From positions 381,302 to 445,301 of the forward strand of contig JACKGE010000001.1 of the NCBI GenBank assembly GCA_020632155.1: a stretch of 64,000 bases of DNA. The letters run 5' to 3'. The notes under the pieces are model-generated. The model did no database searches and was not told the DNA's origin. It saw nothing but the letters and a program-made list of their open reading frames with translations. The stretch is from Candidatus Nomurabacteria bacterium. Its GTDB lineage: Bacteria; Patescibacteriota; Minisyncoccia; Phycocordibacterales; UBA918. The number at the start of each line of letters is the position of its first letter. Position 1 is the stretch's first letter. This document shows, in pieces, positions 19,836 through 28,553 of the stretch. Position numbers and translations under genes: made by a program.

Positions 19836-21248
19836 ATGAGTACGTATACACCCACCATTGGTATCGAAGTTCACGCTGAACTCAATACAAAAAGTAAGAT
19901 GTTTTGTTCATGTGTGAACGATCCGCATGCAGCTGAAGCCAACACACACATTTGTCCAGTCTGTTTAGCACACCCCGGAACCCTTCCAGCGGTAAATAAA
20001 GAAGCAGTCAAAAAGGTTCTGCTTGTTGGCAAGGCACTTGGCGGCACGCTTGCTGTCTATAGTGAGTTTGATCGTAAAAATTATTTCTATCCGGATATTC
20101 CAAAAGCGTATCAGCTCAGTCAGTATGCGTACCCATTTGTCTCAGGGGGTGAACTGGCCGGAGTGGCAATTACTCGTGTGCACCTCGAAGAGGATACCGC
20201 GCGCAGTCAACATGAGATGGAGGGAAGCATCGTTGATTTTAATCGAGCCGGAGTACCACTTATGGAACTGGTTACGGAGCCAGTCATACATGACGCCAAG
20301 ACAGCTGCTACTTTTGCTAAAGAGCTACAGCTGCTTTTACGAACACTTGGTATTTCAGGAGCAAATATGGAAAGAGGGGAGATGCGGGTAGAGGCCAATA
20401 TATCTATTAGTGATACAGATGAGCTTGGCACTAAAGTTGAAGTTAAGAATTTGAACTCCTTTAAGGCGGTGGAGCAAGCAATAGAATACGAGATCAAGCG
20501 ACAAACGGAACTATTAAATAGTAACGAACGTATTATTCAAGAAACCCGCGGGTGGGACGAGAACAAAAGTCGCACATTTTCGCAACGTTCCAAGGAAACA
20601 GCTGAAGATTACCGATATTTCCCAGATCCAGACATTCCCAAGTACGACCTCAAAAAAGTGCCAGAATTTGAAAATTCTCGTCTACAGGAGATAATGCCTA
20701 AATTACCCCTAGAAATAAGGGAGCAATATCTCGGCTACGGTGTAAAAGGTGAACAAATCGAGATACTACTAGCTGATAAGCAGCTGCTCAACTTTATGGA
20801 CGCTGTAACAGCTGAAATGGCCTCGAATGACAAGAAAGTGCGGCAAGCAGTAAATTACGTAACATCTGACGTTGTGGGATTGTTACAAGATTCGTCTGAA
20901 CTAACATTAGAGCTGAGCTCCGCCAGTTCATTTGCATCGCTTATCACCCTTCTTGATAGTGGTGAAATAAATTCACGCGTAGCAAAAGATCTTCTCGCTG
21001 AGGTATTGCGTCATGGAAGTGATCCAAAGCAATTAGCCGAAGAAAAGGGCTTATTGCAGGCAAGTTCTACTGATGAGCTACTGCCGATCGTGACCACTGT
21101 AATAGCAGAAAATCCAGAGGTAGTTAGCGAATACAAAGGAGGGAAGGAGGCCGTACTCCAGTTCTTGGTTGGACAGGGTATGAAGGCCACCCGAGGGAGC
21201 GCCAACCCAGCTGTTCTTACTGAACTCCTTAAGGAGCAAATGAAATAG
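19836..21248 (+). CDS. gatB: Asp-tRNA(Asn)/Glu-tRNA(Gln) amidotransferase subunit B
   Basis: TIGIEVHAELNTKSKMFCSCVNDPH...ICPVCLAHPGTLPAVNKEAV is the canonical GatB N-terminus. ATG at 19836 is preferred over the upstream in-frame M. Confidence 0.9.
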   Translation: MSTYTPTIGIEVHAELNTKSKMFCSCVNDPHAAEANTHICPVCLAHPGTLPAVNKEAVKKVLLVGKALGGTLAVYSEFDRKNYFYPDIPKAYQLSQYAYPFVSGGELAGVAITRVHLEEDTARSQHEMEGSIVDFNRAGVPLMELVTEPVIHDAKTAATFAKELQLLLRTLGISGANMERGEMRVEANISISDTDELGTKVEVKNLNSFKAVEQAIEYEIKRQTELLNSNERIIQETRGWDENKSRTFSQRSKETAEDYRYFPDPDIPKYDLKKVPEFENSRLQEIMPKLPLEIREQYLGYGVKGEQIEILLADKQLLNFMDAVTAEMASNDKKVRQAVNYVTSDVVGLLQDSSELTLELSSASSFASLITLLDSGEINSRVAKDLLAEVLRHGSDPKQLAEEKGLLQASSTDELLPIVTTVIAENPEVVSEYKGGKEAVLQFLVGQGMKATRGSANPAVLTELLKEQMK

Positions 21249-21263
21249 CGTTTGTGCTATACA

Positions 21264-21296
21264 AAAAACCGCGAGATATCCACTCGCGGTTTTTTG
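21264..21296 (+). terminator. rho-independent terminator after gatB
   Basis: AAAAAACCGCGAGatatccactCTCGCGGTTTTTTG. Confidence 0.8.
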
Positions 21297-21324
21297 TCAC
21301 CACCTGTATAATAGGGCACAGCAT

Positions 21325-22209
21325 ATGGAAACTATCTCGGTTAATGGAGAAACCTTTATAAAAGCCAACATTCTGGCCCGAGAACTCGGCTACACAGCAG
21401 ACTATGTTGGGCAGCTGTGTCGTGGTGGCAAAGTGAAAGCAGAGCTCGTGGGGCGAAGTTGGTTTGTAGAACCAGAATCCCTTCGGTCTCATCGTAAGGG
21501 TCGTTATCGAAGTGTAGCTAAGAAATCTAAGCTACAGATAGAAAAGCAAACTAAGACCACTGAGACAGTACCGGCCAAGGAAGGGTCAACTCACATACCG
21601 ATCAATAAGCATTTTTACAGTCGTGGTGTACAAAAGAATGTTCGGTATGAAATGGACGAAAGCGAATTGATGCCAGCAATCAAGCCCACTGACAAAGGAG
21701 AGTCTTCACGTTTGCAAGTACATTTGGCAGAAGCGCGGCAAATGAACATAAAAAGCACTGAAAAAGCCTATAAAATGGAAGCTACAGAGCTCCCAACATT
21801 TAAACGTGACGGCACCCTTACGATAGCGGAAGCTCCTGAACTTGCAGAGAATCCAGTATCAGAAGCAAAAAAAACGCCAAAAAAGGGTACGCACAAGAGC
21901 TCAGAAGCAAAATCGCGGCACGTAAACGTACATAGTAGTGATAGTGCGGAAGTGGTTCCTATTGCCACTGCAGTTAAAACACACAAAAAAAGGACCGTAA
22001 CAGCAAAGCGCAGGACAGCTCAAAAGGGCCATGGCCTTAGAGCGCTGTGGTGGGTGTTTGTGTGGGTGGCAGTCAGTGCTCTTGGGCTGATTATAGCTAC
22101 GCTTGAGTACCACACAAGCGTAGGCGGTAACGTTTCTGACAGTTATTCGTTTGAGCCAGAAAATATAAAAACAATTTTTGAAATAGCAAAAATGTACCTA
22201 AAAATATAG
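21325..22209 (+). CDS. membrane-tethered protein with N-terminal excisionase/MerR-like HTH (HTH_17-like), one TM segment and extracytoplasmic C-domain
   Basis: N-terminus ARELGYTADYVGQLCRGGKVKAELVGRSWFVEPESL. Single hydrophobic helix LRALWWVFVWVAVSALGLIIATL near the C-terminus. Paralog of 22575..23294. Confidence 0.55.
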   Translation: METISVNGETFIKANILARELGYTADYVGQLCRGGKVKAELVGRSWFVEPESLRSHRKGRYRSVAKKSKLQIEKQTKTTETVPAKEGSTHIPINKHFYSRGVQKNVRYEMDESELMPAIKPTDKGESSRLQVHLAEARQMNIKSTEKAYKMEATELPTFKRDGTLTIAEAPELAENPVSEAKKTPKKGTHKSSEAKSRHVNVHSSDSAEVVPIATAVKTHKKRTVTAKRRTAQKGHGLRALWWVFVWVAVSALGLIIATLEYHTSVGGNVSDSYSFEPENIKTIFEIAKMYLKI

Positions 22210-22574
22210 TTTTTTCGTGTAGCCGAGATTTATTTTGCCAAGCCTACATAGCTGGTTGTGTAAAAATACAGGCCTTGTTTGCCCTGATGGTGTGTAAGGG
22301 CTGATTGTTCCGGTTTGTAACTGTAAGGTCCTTATTTCTTGTCAGGGCTTTTTCTCTAAGTACAAGGGAGAGTAGGGTTGCTGGTTTCGGAGGCGGCGGC
22401 TCAGGCCTGTAGGCGGGTGCTGAACAGGTTGTACTTCACATAAAAAAGAAGTGGTCTTGATCGAGTAGAGGTCTCCCTGCTGCAGGACAAACAGGTGTTT
22501 TTTACTGTCCACATATGGAGCGTTTTTGAGCCAAAAAAAAGGCGAAATCACTATAAAATATATAGCAATATCGT

Positions 22575-23294
22575 ATGAGCTTCGATCCTTCACCACAGGC
22601 TAAATTCATACCCGTTAAAGAAGCCGCCAAACTGGTCGGCTACACGACCGACTACGTCGCTAAGTTGGCGCGGGAGGGAAAGGTCGATGCACGGCGCAAT
22701 GGTCGACAGTGGTTCGTTGGCCGCGACTCAGTGAAACTCTTTTCACTGCAGCAAGAGGAGCTCAAAAAAACTCGTCAACAAGAATTAAAAGAGCAGCGTC
22801 TTAGAGAGCGTCATGGTGAGGTGAGTACGGCATCGCCATCGGTAGCAAAAATCGAGAAACAAGAAAGTGGAGCGCATGAAGCGCTCGCGACTACGGCCGT
22901 GGTGTTTGCTTCAATCTGCATTATGACCGTCCTCTCACTTTCTGTAGTTGAAAATAAGATCTCGTTTTCAGACATAGGGGCGACGATTGCTGGACTTGCA
23001 GCACGCGTTGGTAGTGTCGCAAATGTTATAGACGGGACTGATTGGTGGCCGCCACAAGGACTCCATCAGGTTGCTCTTGATGGGGAGGCAGTTGGTGGCC
23101 TTAGAGACCTGCCACAGGTAGATAGCAATGAAGCCCGCATCTTGCTTCCGAACAATGAGAATGCTACGTCTGCCGCACGGTATTTTTCTGACGAGGTCAT
23201 GGTGAAGACCAGTGCGAATGGTGCGGTAATAACACCGGTCTTTCGCAGTGGTACTTCAGAACAGGCGTTTGTGATTGAGGATAGTACCGAGTGA
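22575..23294 (+). CDS. paralogous membrane-tethered HTH protein
   Basis: N-terminus AKLVGYTTDYVAKLAREGKVDARRNGRQWFVGRDSV (same motif as 21325 ORF). TM helix ALATTAVVFASICIMTVLSLSVV, then a ~110-aa C-terminal domain. Confidence 0.55.
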   Translation: MSFDPSPQAKFIPVKEAAKLVGYTTDYVAKLAREGKVDARRNGRQWFVGRDSVKLFSLQQEELKKTRQQELKEQRLRERHGEVSTASPSVAKIEKQESGAHEALATTAVVFASICIMTVLSLSVVENKISFSDIGATIAGLAARVGSVANVIDGTDWWPPQGLHQVALDGEAVGGLRDLPQVDSNEARILLPNNENATSAARYFSDEVMVKTSANGAVITPVFRSGTSEQAFVIEDSTE

Positions 23295-23304
23295 GTTTTT
23301 ACGT

Positions 23305-26010
23305 ATGAGCAAGCGTATCATTATCAACCGAATACTACACACAACTACACTTGGTCTTTTGCTCGTGCTTAGCCTTAGTCTCCTTAGCTCTCTTGCGGAG
23401 GCGGCGCCAAACTACCAGATCAACTATCAAGGTAAGCTCCTCGATAGTTCTGGCTCTCCGGTGGCAAATGGTTTATACGACATGGAGTTTAAGCTCTATA
23501 CCGTTCCTACCGGTGGCAGCGCCATTTGGACCGAAACACGCACTGGTGGTAATCAAGTGATGGCCACAAGCGGCCTGTTCTCAGTGATGCTCGGTGAAGT
23601 AGCCTCTCTCTCTGGAGTTGATTTTGATCAAACGCTCTACCTAGGAGTGAATATCGAGGGTGACGGTGAGATGTCACCGCGCAAAGTGCTTGGCTCCGTA
23701 CCGGCTGCATTTGAGGCGGCACACGCAGCTGATAGTGATACCGTGGGCGGTGTTGCTTCTTCCTCGTTCCTCAGAAGTGATGCAGCTGACACAGCTTCAG
23801 GCTTGCTGACATTCACTGGAGGACTTGTCAGTACAGCCTCTAGTACCATCACTGATCTTACGTTCACTACTGCTACTGCTACAACGCTCGTCATAAACGG
23901 CGAAGCCTTTACTGACTTTACGGGCACTGCACTTGTAAACACCGGTGGGGTACTCTCAGTTTCAACCTCGTCACTGGCAGTGTACTTTGCGTCGACGTCT
24001 GATTTTAATACCGAAGCAAAGTTGGAAAGTATTTTGACTGACGTCACCAACATATACACCAACAACGACGGTTCCCTCAGTGACGACGACCTCAGCAACA
24101 ACAGCACCACCGACCTCGCTGAAGGTACTAACCTCTATTTCACGACTGCTCGCGCTTCTACCACTGCAGCGCAAGTCCTCTTTGCTACCACAACCCTTCC
24201 AAACCTTACGACCTTAGCCAACCTTTCTACCGTTGGCACCATCACCTCCGGAACGTGGAACGGCACCGCCATCGGTGACGCCTACCTCACCAAGACTGGT
24301 GACTGGACCGGCACCTTCGACGGACAGGAGGGGAGTTACTATCTCAATGCCGACAATCTCACCAACCTCGATGCTAGTGATATTGCTCTTACCAACGGTT
24401 ACGTTCTGCGCGGTTCAGCAGGTGGCACCGCTGAGGCCACTAGCTCACTCTTTATTACTGACGCTGGAAATGTGGGGATTGGGACAACGACGCCAGATTA
24501 CCCACTTGAAGTGGTTGGCCGTACCGAACTCCACGGCATCACTGTTGTTGACGGCCGTTCTACCAGTGTTGATGGCCCTCACTTCACTGTTAGTGATGAT
24601 GCCAACCTGCCCCTGTTTGACATCTCGTCTTCCTTTGGCCAAACCTTTATCAACAGCAACAAGAATGCCCGCTTCTTTGACAGTGTCTACCTTGCTGACG
24701 AGCTCCAAGACGTCACTCAATCAGCTGGTTCCAATGGGTACATTCTACAGTCAACTGGTACCAGTACGCTGTGGACCGACCCTACTAGTCTTGGTTTCAT
24801 TGCTACTACCAGTGGCAACTGGACCGGCACCTTCGACGGACAGGAGGGGAGTTACTACCTAGACCTCGCCAATGCTACGGGTGATACTGACGACCTCACC
24901 GAAGGCAGCACCAACCTCTTCTCTCAGTGGGGCACCTCTGGCTCTAACGTCTACTACAACAGTGGAAATGTGGGGATTGGGACGACAAGTCCGCAGACCA
25001 CCTTGCATGTCTCAGACACCAGTGCAATTTTGCGACTTGACCCGACCGGAGCAAGTGGGGATGCTTCCATCCAATACTACGCTGACGCTGCTGCTCGCTG
25101 GTCAAGTGGTGTAGATAATGATGATAGCTACAAATACAAGATATCTACCGGATCTGCTCTTGGTAGTGGTGAGGCGCTGACTATTGATACCTCCGGCAAC
25201 ATTGGTATCGGAACCACAACACCAGATCAAATACTTACGGTTGCGGGTAACGCATATATAACGGGCGGAGCTACAACCAGCGACCTCTATGTTACCGATA
25301 CGTTCAGTGGGGCCGGTTTAACCGCTTGTAGTGGTTCTGCCTCTAAACTCCTGTGGAGCTCTACAACACAGCAATTTGTTTGTGGAGCTGACGCTGGCGC
25401 TGGCGGGGGTATCACCGCACTTGGTGTGGCTGGTTCGTACCAAAGCGGTTCTACGCAGACCCTTGCCACTTCCAGTGATACTAACCTAGAACTCACTATT
25501 GTCTCAAGCGGCGATACACATACATTTACACCGGTTTGGAACGGCACACTCGCTGTTGGACGTGGTGGTACCGGCGCAGGTTCTTTCAACGCTGGTGAAC
25601 TCCTCGTCGGCAACGGTACCGGCGCCCTTACCTCGACCACTACCGCTGGACTCAAAGCCACATTGGCGCTCGACAATGTAGAGAACACCGCGCTCTCGAC
25701 GTGGCTGGCTCAAGCAATATCACGACACTCGGCACGATTGGTACCGGCATCTGGAACGGCACTGCCATCGGTGACGCCTACCTCACCAAGACCGGCGACT
25801 GGACCGGCACCTTCGACGGACAGGAGGGGAGTTACTACCTCAACGCCGACAATCTCACCAACCTCGATGCTAGTGATATTGCTCTTACCAACGGCTACGT
25901 CCTTCGTGGTTCAGCTGCTAACACTGCCGAAGCTACCAGCTCGCTCTTTATTACTGACGCTGGAAATGTGGGGATTGGTACTACGACGCCAGATTACCCA
26001 CTTGAAGTAG
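23305..26010 (+). CDS. giant tail-fibre-like surface protein, 5' segment (signal peptide; reading frame is lost at ~25696 and the remaining ORF is out-of-frame translation)
   Basis: MSKRIIINRILHTTTLGLLLVLSLSLLSSLAEA signal peptide. Repeated GNVGIGTTTP and GTWNGTAIGDAYLTKTGDWTGTFDGQEGSYYL modules. After nt ~25696 the ORF translates the alternative frame of the repeat (…ISRHSARLVPASGTALPSVTPTSPRP…). Confidence 0.6.
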   Translation: MSKRIIINRILHTTTLGLLLVLSLSLLSSLAEAAPNYQINYQGKLLDSSGSPVANGLYDMEFKLYTVPTGGSAIWTETRTGGNQVMATSGLFSVMLGEVASLSGVDFDQTLYLGVNIEGDGEMSPRKVLGSVPAAFEAAHAADSDTVGGVASSSFLRSDAADTASGLLTFTGGLVSTASSTITDLTFTTATATTLVINGEAFTDFTGTALVNTGGVLSVSTSSLAVYFASTSDFNTEAKLESILTDVTNIYTNNDGSLSDDDLSNNSTTDLAEGTNLYFTTARASTTAAQVLFATTTLPNLTTLANLSTVGTITSGTWNGTAIGDAYLTKTGDWTGTFDGQEGSYYLNADNLTNLDASDIALTNGYVLRGSAGGTAEATSSLFITDAGNVGIGTTTPDYPLEVVGRTELHGITVVDGRSTSVDGPHFTVSDDANLPLFDISSSFGQTFINSNKNARFFDSVYLADELQDVTQSAGSNGYILQSTGTSTLWTDPTSLGFIATTSGNWTGTFDGQEGSYYLDLANATGDTDDLTEGSTNLFSQWGTSGSNVYYNSGNVGIGTTSPQTTLHVSDTSAILRLDPTGASGDASIQYYADAAARWSSGVDNDDSYKYKISTGSALGSGEALTIDTSGNIGIGTTTPDQILTVAGNAYITGGATTSDLYVTDTFSGAGLTACSGSASKLLWSSTTQQFVCGADAGAGGGITALGVAGSYQSGSTQTLATSSDTNLELTIVSSGDTHTFTPVWNGTLAVGRGGTGAGSFNAGELLVGNGTGALTSTTTAGLKATLALDNVENTALSTWLAQAISRHSARLVPASGTALPSVTPTSPRPATGPAPSTDRRGVTTSTPTISPTSMLVILLLPTATSFVVQLLTLPKLPARSLLLTLEMWGLVLRRQITHLK
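24241..24775 (+). repeat. ~530-bp near-identical intragenic direct repeat, copy 1
   Basis: Near-identical to 25746..26275 (encodes TWNGTAIGDAYLTKTGDWTGTFDGQEGSYYLNADNLTNLDASDIALTNGYVLRGSA...GNVGIGTTTPDYPLEVVGRTELHGITVVDGRSTSVDGPHFTVSDDANLPLFDISSSFGQTFINSNKNARFFDSVYLADELQDVTQSAGS). Confidence 0.8.
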
Positions 26011-28553
26011 TTGGCCGCACCGAACTCCACGGCATCACTGTTGTTGACGGTCGTTCTACCAGTGTTGATGGCCCTCACTTCACTGTTAGTGATGATGCCA
26101 ACCTGCCCCTGTTTGACATCTCGTCTTCCTTTGGCCAAACCTTTATCAACAGCAACAAGAATGCCCGCTTCTTTGACAGTGTCTACCTTGCTGACGAGCT
26201 CCAAGACGTCACTCAGTCGGCCGGTTCTGCTGGCTACGTGCTTCAATCTACCGGTACTAGTACGCTGTGGGTCGCAACAAGCAGTCTCGGAATCAGCGCT
26301 GGTGGCGGTGGTACGGTGAGTAGCGTTGCAGCGAGTGTCCCGACTGGTTGGACAGTGACTGGTAGTCCGATAACTGCTACAGGAACTCTTGCGTTTGACT
26401 ACGACACCGGCTACGGCGCCGTCCTTATAGCCAGTACCACTGACTGGCAAACCGCCTACAGTTGGGGCAACCATGCCGCTGCCGGCTATCTCGACGGTAC
26501 TGACATCGGTTCAACCGTCCAAGGCTACAATGCCAACACCACCATCCTCGGTTCTACCATTAATGCTAACGAACTAGCGAGCGAAGACTTCGGTGACTTC
26601 ACCTGCAATGGCACAACGTGCTCCCTTGATGCTGACACCGTGGCGGCCTCTGAAATGGCCGACAGTGATCACGGCTTCTTCTCATACAGCTCCGGAGTAG
26701 CATCTCTCGACACCGATGGCCTCACTAGTGCCAACCTGTCTGGTGCGCTCACTAATGAGACTGGTACTGGAAGTGTCGTGTTCTCAAGTTCACCGACTCT
26801 CACCACACCAGATCTTGGTACTCCAAGTGCAATTACTCTAACCAATGCTACCGGCCTCCCGCTCTCAACTGGCGTCACTGGCACGCTTGATATCGCCAAC
26901 GGTGGTCTTGGCATCTCATACACCGATCCAAATGCTGATCGCATTCTCTTCTGGGATGATAGTGCTGGTAGATTTTGCCAACCTGACAGCTTCAACCGGA
27001 CTCACCCTTACTGGCACTAACCTCACTGTCCGTAGTGCCTCAGAATCTCAGACTGGTATTGCCGAGTTTGCTACTCAAACCGAGGTCAATACCGGAACCG
27101 ATACTACGCGTGTGGTACGCGCCAATACCCTTGGTGCGTGGCCTGGCACCACCAACCTCACCACCCTCGGCACCATCACTACCGGAACGTGGAACGGCAC
27201 CGCCATCGGTGACGCCTACCTCACCAAGACTGGTGACTGGACCGGCACCTTCGACGGACAGGAGGGGAGTTACTACCTAGACCTCGCCAATGCTACGGGT
27301 GATACTGACGACCTCACCGAAGGCAGCACCAACCTCTTCTCTGATGGACCACCTCTGGCTCTGATATTTGCAGTGGAAGTGTTGGAATTGGTATTGACGA
27401 GTCCATTCAGCACAACCACTAAAACGCTCACCGTTGATGCTGGAGGGGTTCATCTGGCAATATGCCGGCCTTGAACTACGTGGTGGCAAATGGTAATTTG
27501 CTGGAAATAGTGAAATTGGTTTTTTGCTGGAGAGGACGCTTACGAGCACTCGCGTATGAGCTGATGTAACGGGTGGCGGGATCTTGGTTGGAAATCGGCC
27601 TTTATACCAACCAGAATTCTGCAGCGAATCTCACAGAACGAATGCGCGTTAACTATCTTGGTAACGTCGGCATCCGGGACGACAGGTCCGTGAAGCTTGA
27701 CGTGGTTGGGAATATCCGTGCATATACTACTACAAGTAATAACGGCCTTATTATTTCATCAGGAAGTACCAATACTGGTGCTCGAAACTGGTTCGTTGGC
27801 GCAAACACTCCTGTGGCTTATGGTGATTTTGCTCTGCAGCAGTCAAATGCACTGGGTGGTGATCCACGCACTGCTGGTACGGCACGGTTGTATACGCTCC
27901 TCCGGGTCGGCATCACCACCACTCCATCAGAACTCCTGCATGCGCCTGGCGATGCCCGTATAGAAGGACGCTTTATGACAGCACTTCACCAAGCGGTGCT
28001 CTCGGCTACGTCCTCCAAACTACCGGCACGGAGAGTACCATGGTGGCGATCAAGTCTTGGCCGTGAACACCAACACAATTAACTGTGAAAGCGGGTAGAG
28101 GTTATATATTTGATGGCAGCAACAGTGGCACGCTCTCTTCTGGAACTTGGCACTTTGATTCACTTACAGATGATACAGTTAGATGATACATATAACACCC
28201 TCGGCATATCTCGACAGTACTGTAGCAGATGGCGCTCTTTCAATGCCAACGTCTCACTCTACTCGGCAGCGCTATAGACCCACTGGATCTTGCAGACGAT
28301 GATTTCGGAGACTTTTCTTGCTCCAGTGGTATCTCTGTACCTTTGATAACGACACCATCGCTCCAGCCGAGATGGCTGATGCTGACACGGCTTCTTCTCA
28401 TACAGCTGGAGGGTAGCTTCGCTTGACAGGTGGCCTTACCAGTGCAAACCTCGCATCTGCCCTCACTAATGAAACTGGTGGCAGTGCGGTGTTTCAGCTT
28501 CGCCAACTCTCACTACCTAACCTCCAGTACACCAAGCGCTGTCACATTAACTA
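25697..28553 (+). pseudogene. frameshift-riddled, degenerate paralogous segments of the giant surface-protein gene (or assembly errors in a collapsed repeat)
   Basis: Homolog-guided comparison shows 1-nt indels at ~25696 (tggcctggc -> tggctggc), ~26962 (aacttt -> agatttt), and ~27345-27474 (premature stop). Fragments 27573..28082 and 28229..28768 still encode recognisable modules (GNVGI, DLADDDFGDFSCSSG, TNATGLPISTG) but in shifting frames. Confidence 0.5.
25746..26275 (+). repeat. ~530-bp intragenic direct repeat, copy 2
   Basis: See copy 1. Only scattered synonymous or conservative differences between the two copies. Confidence 0.8.
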
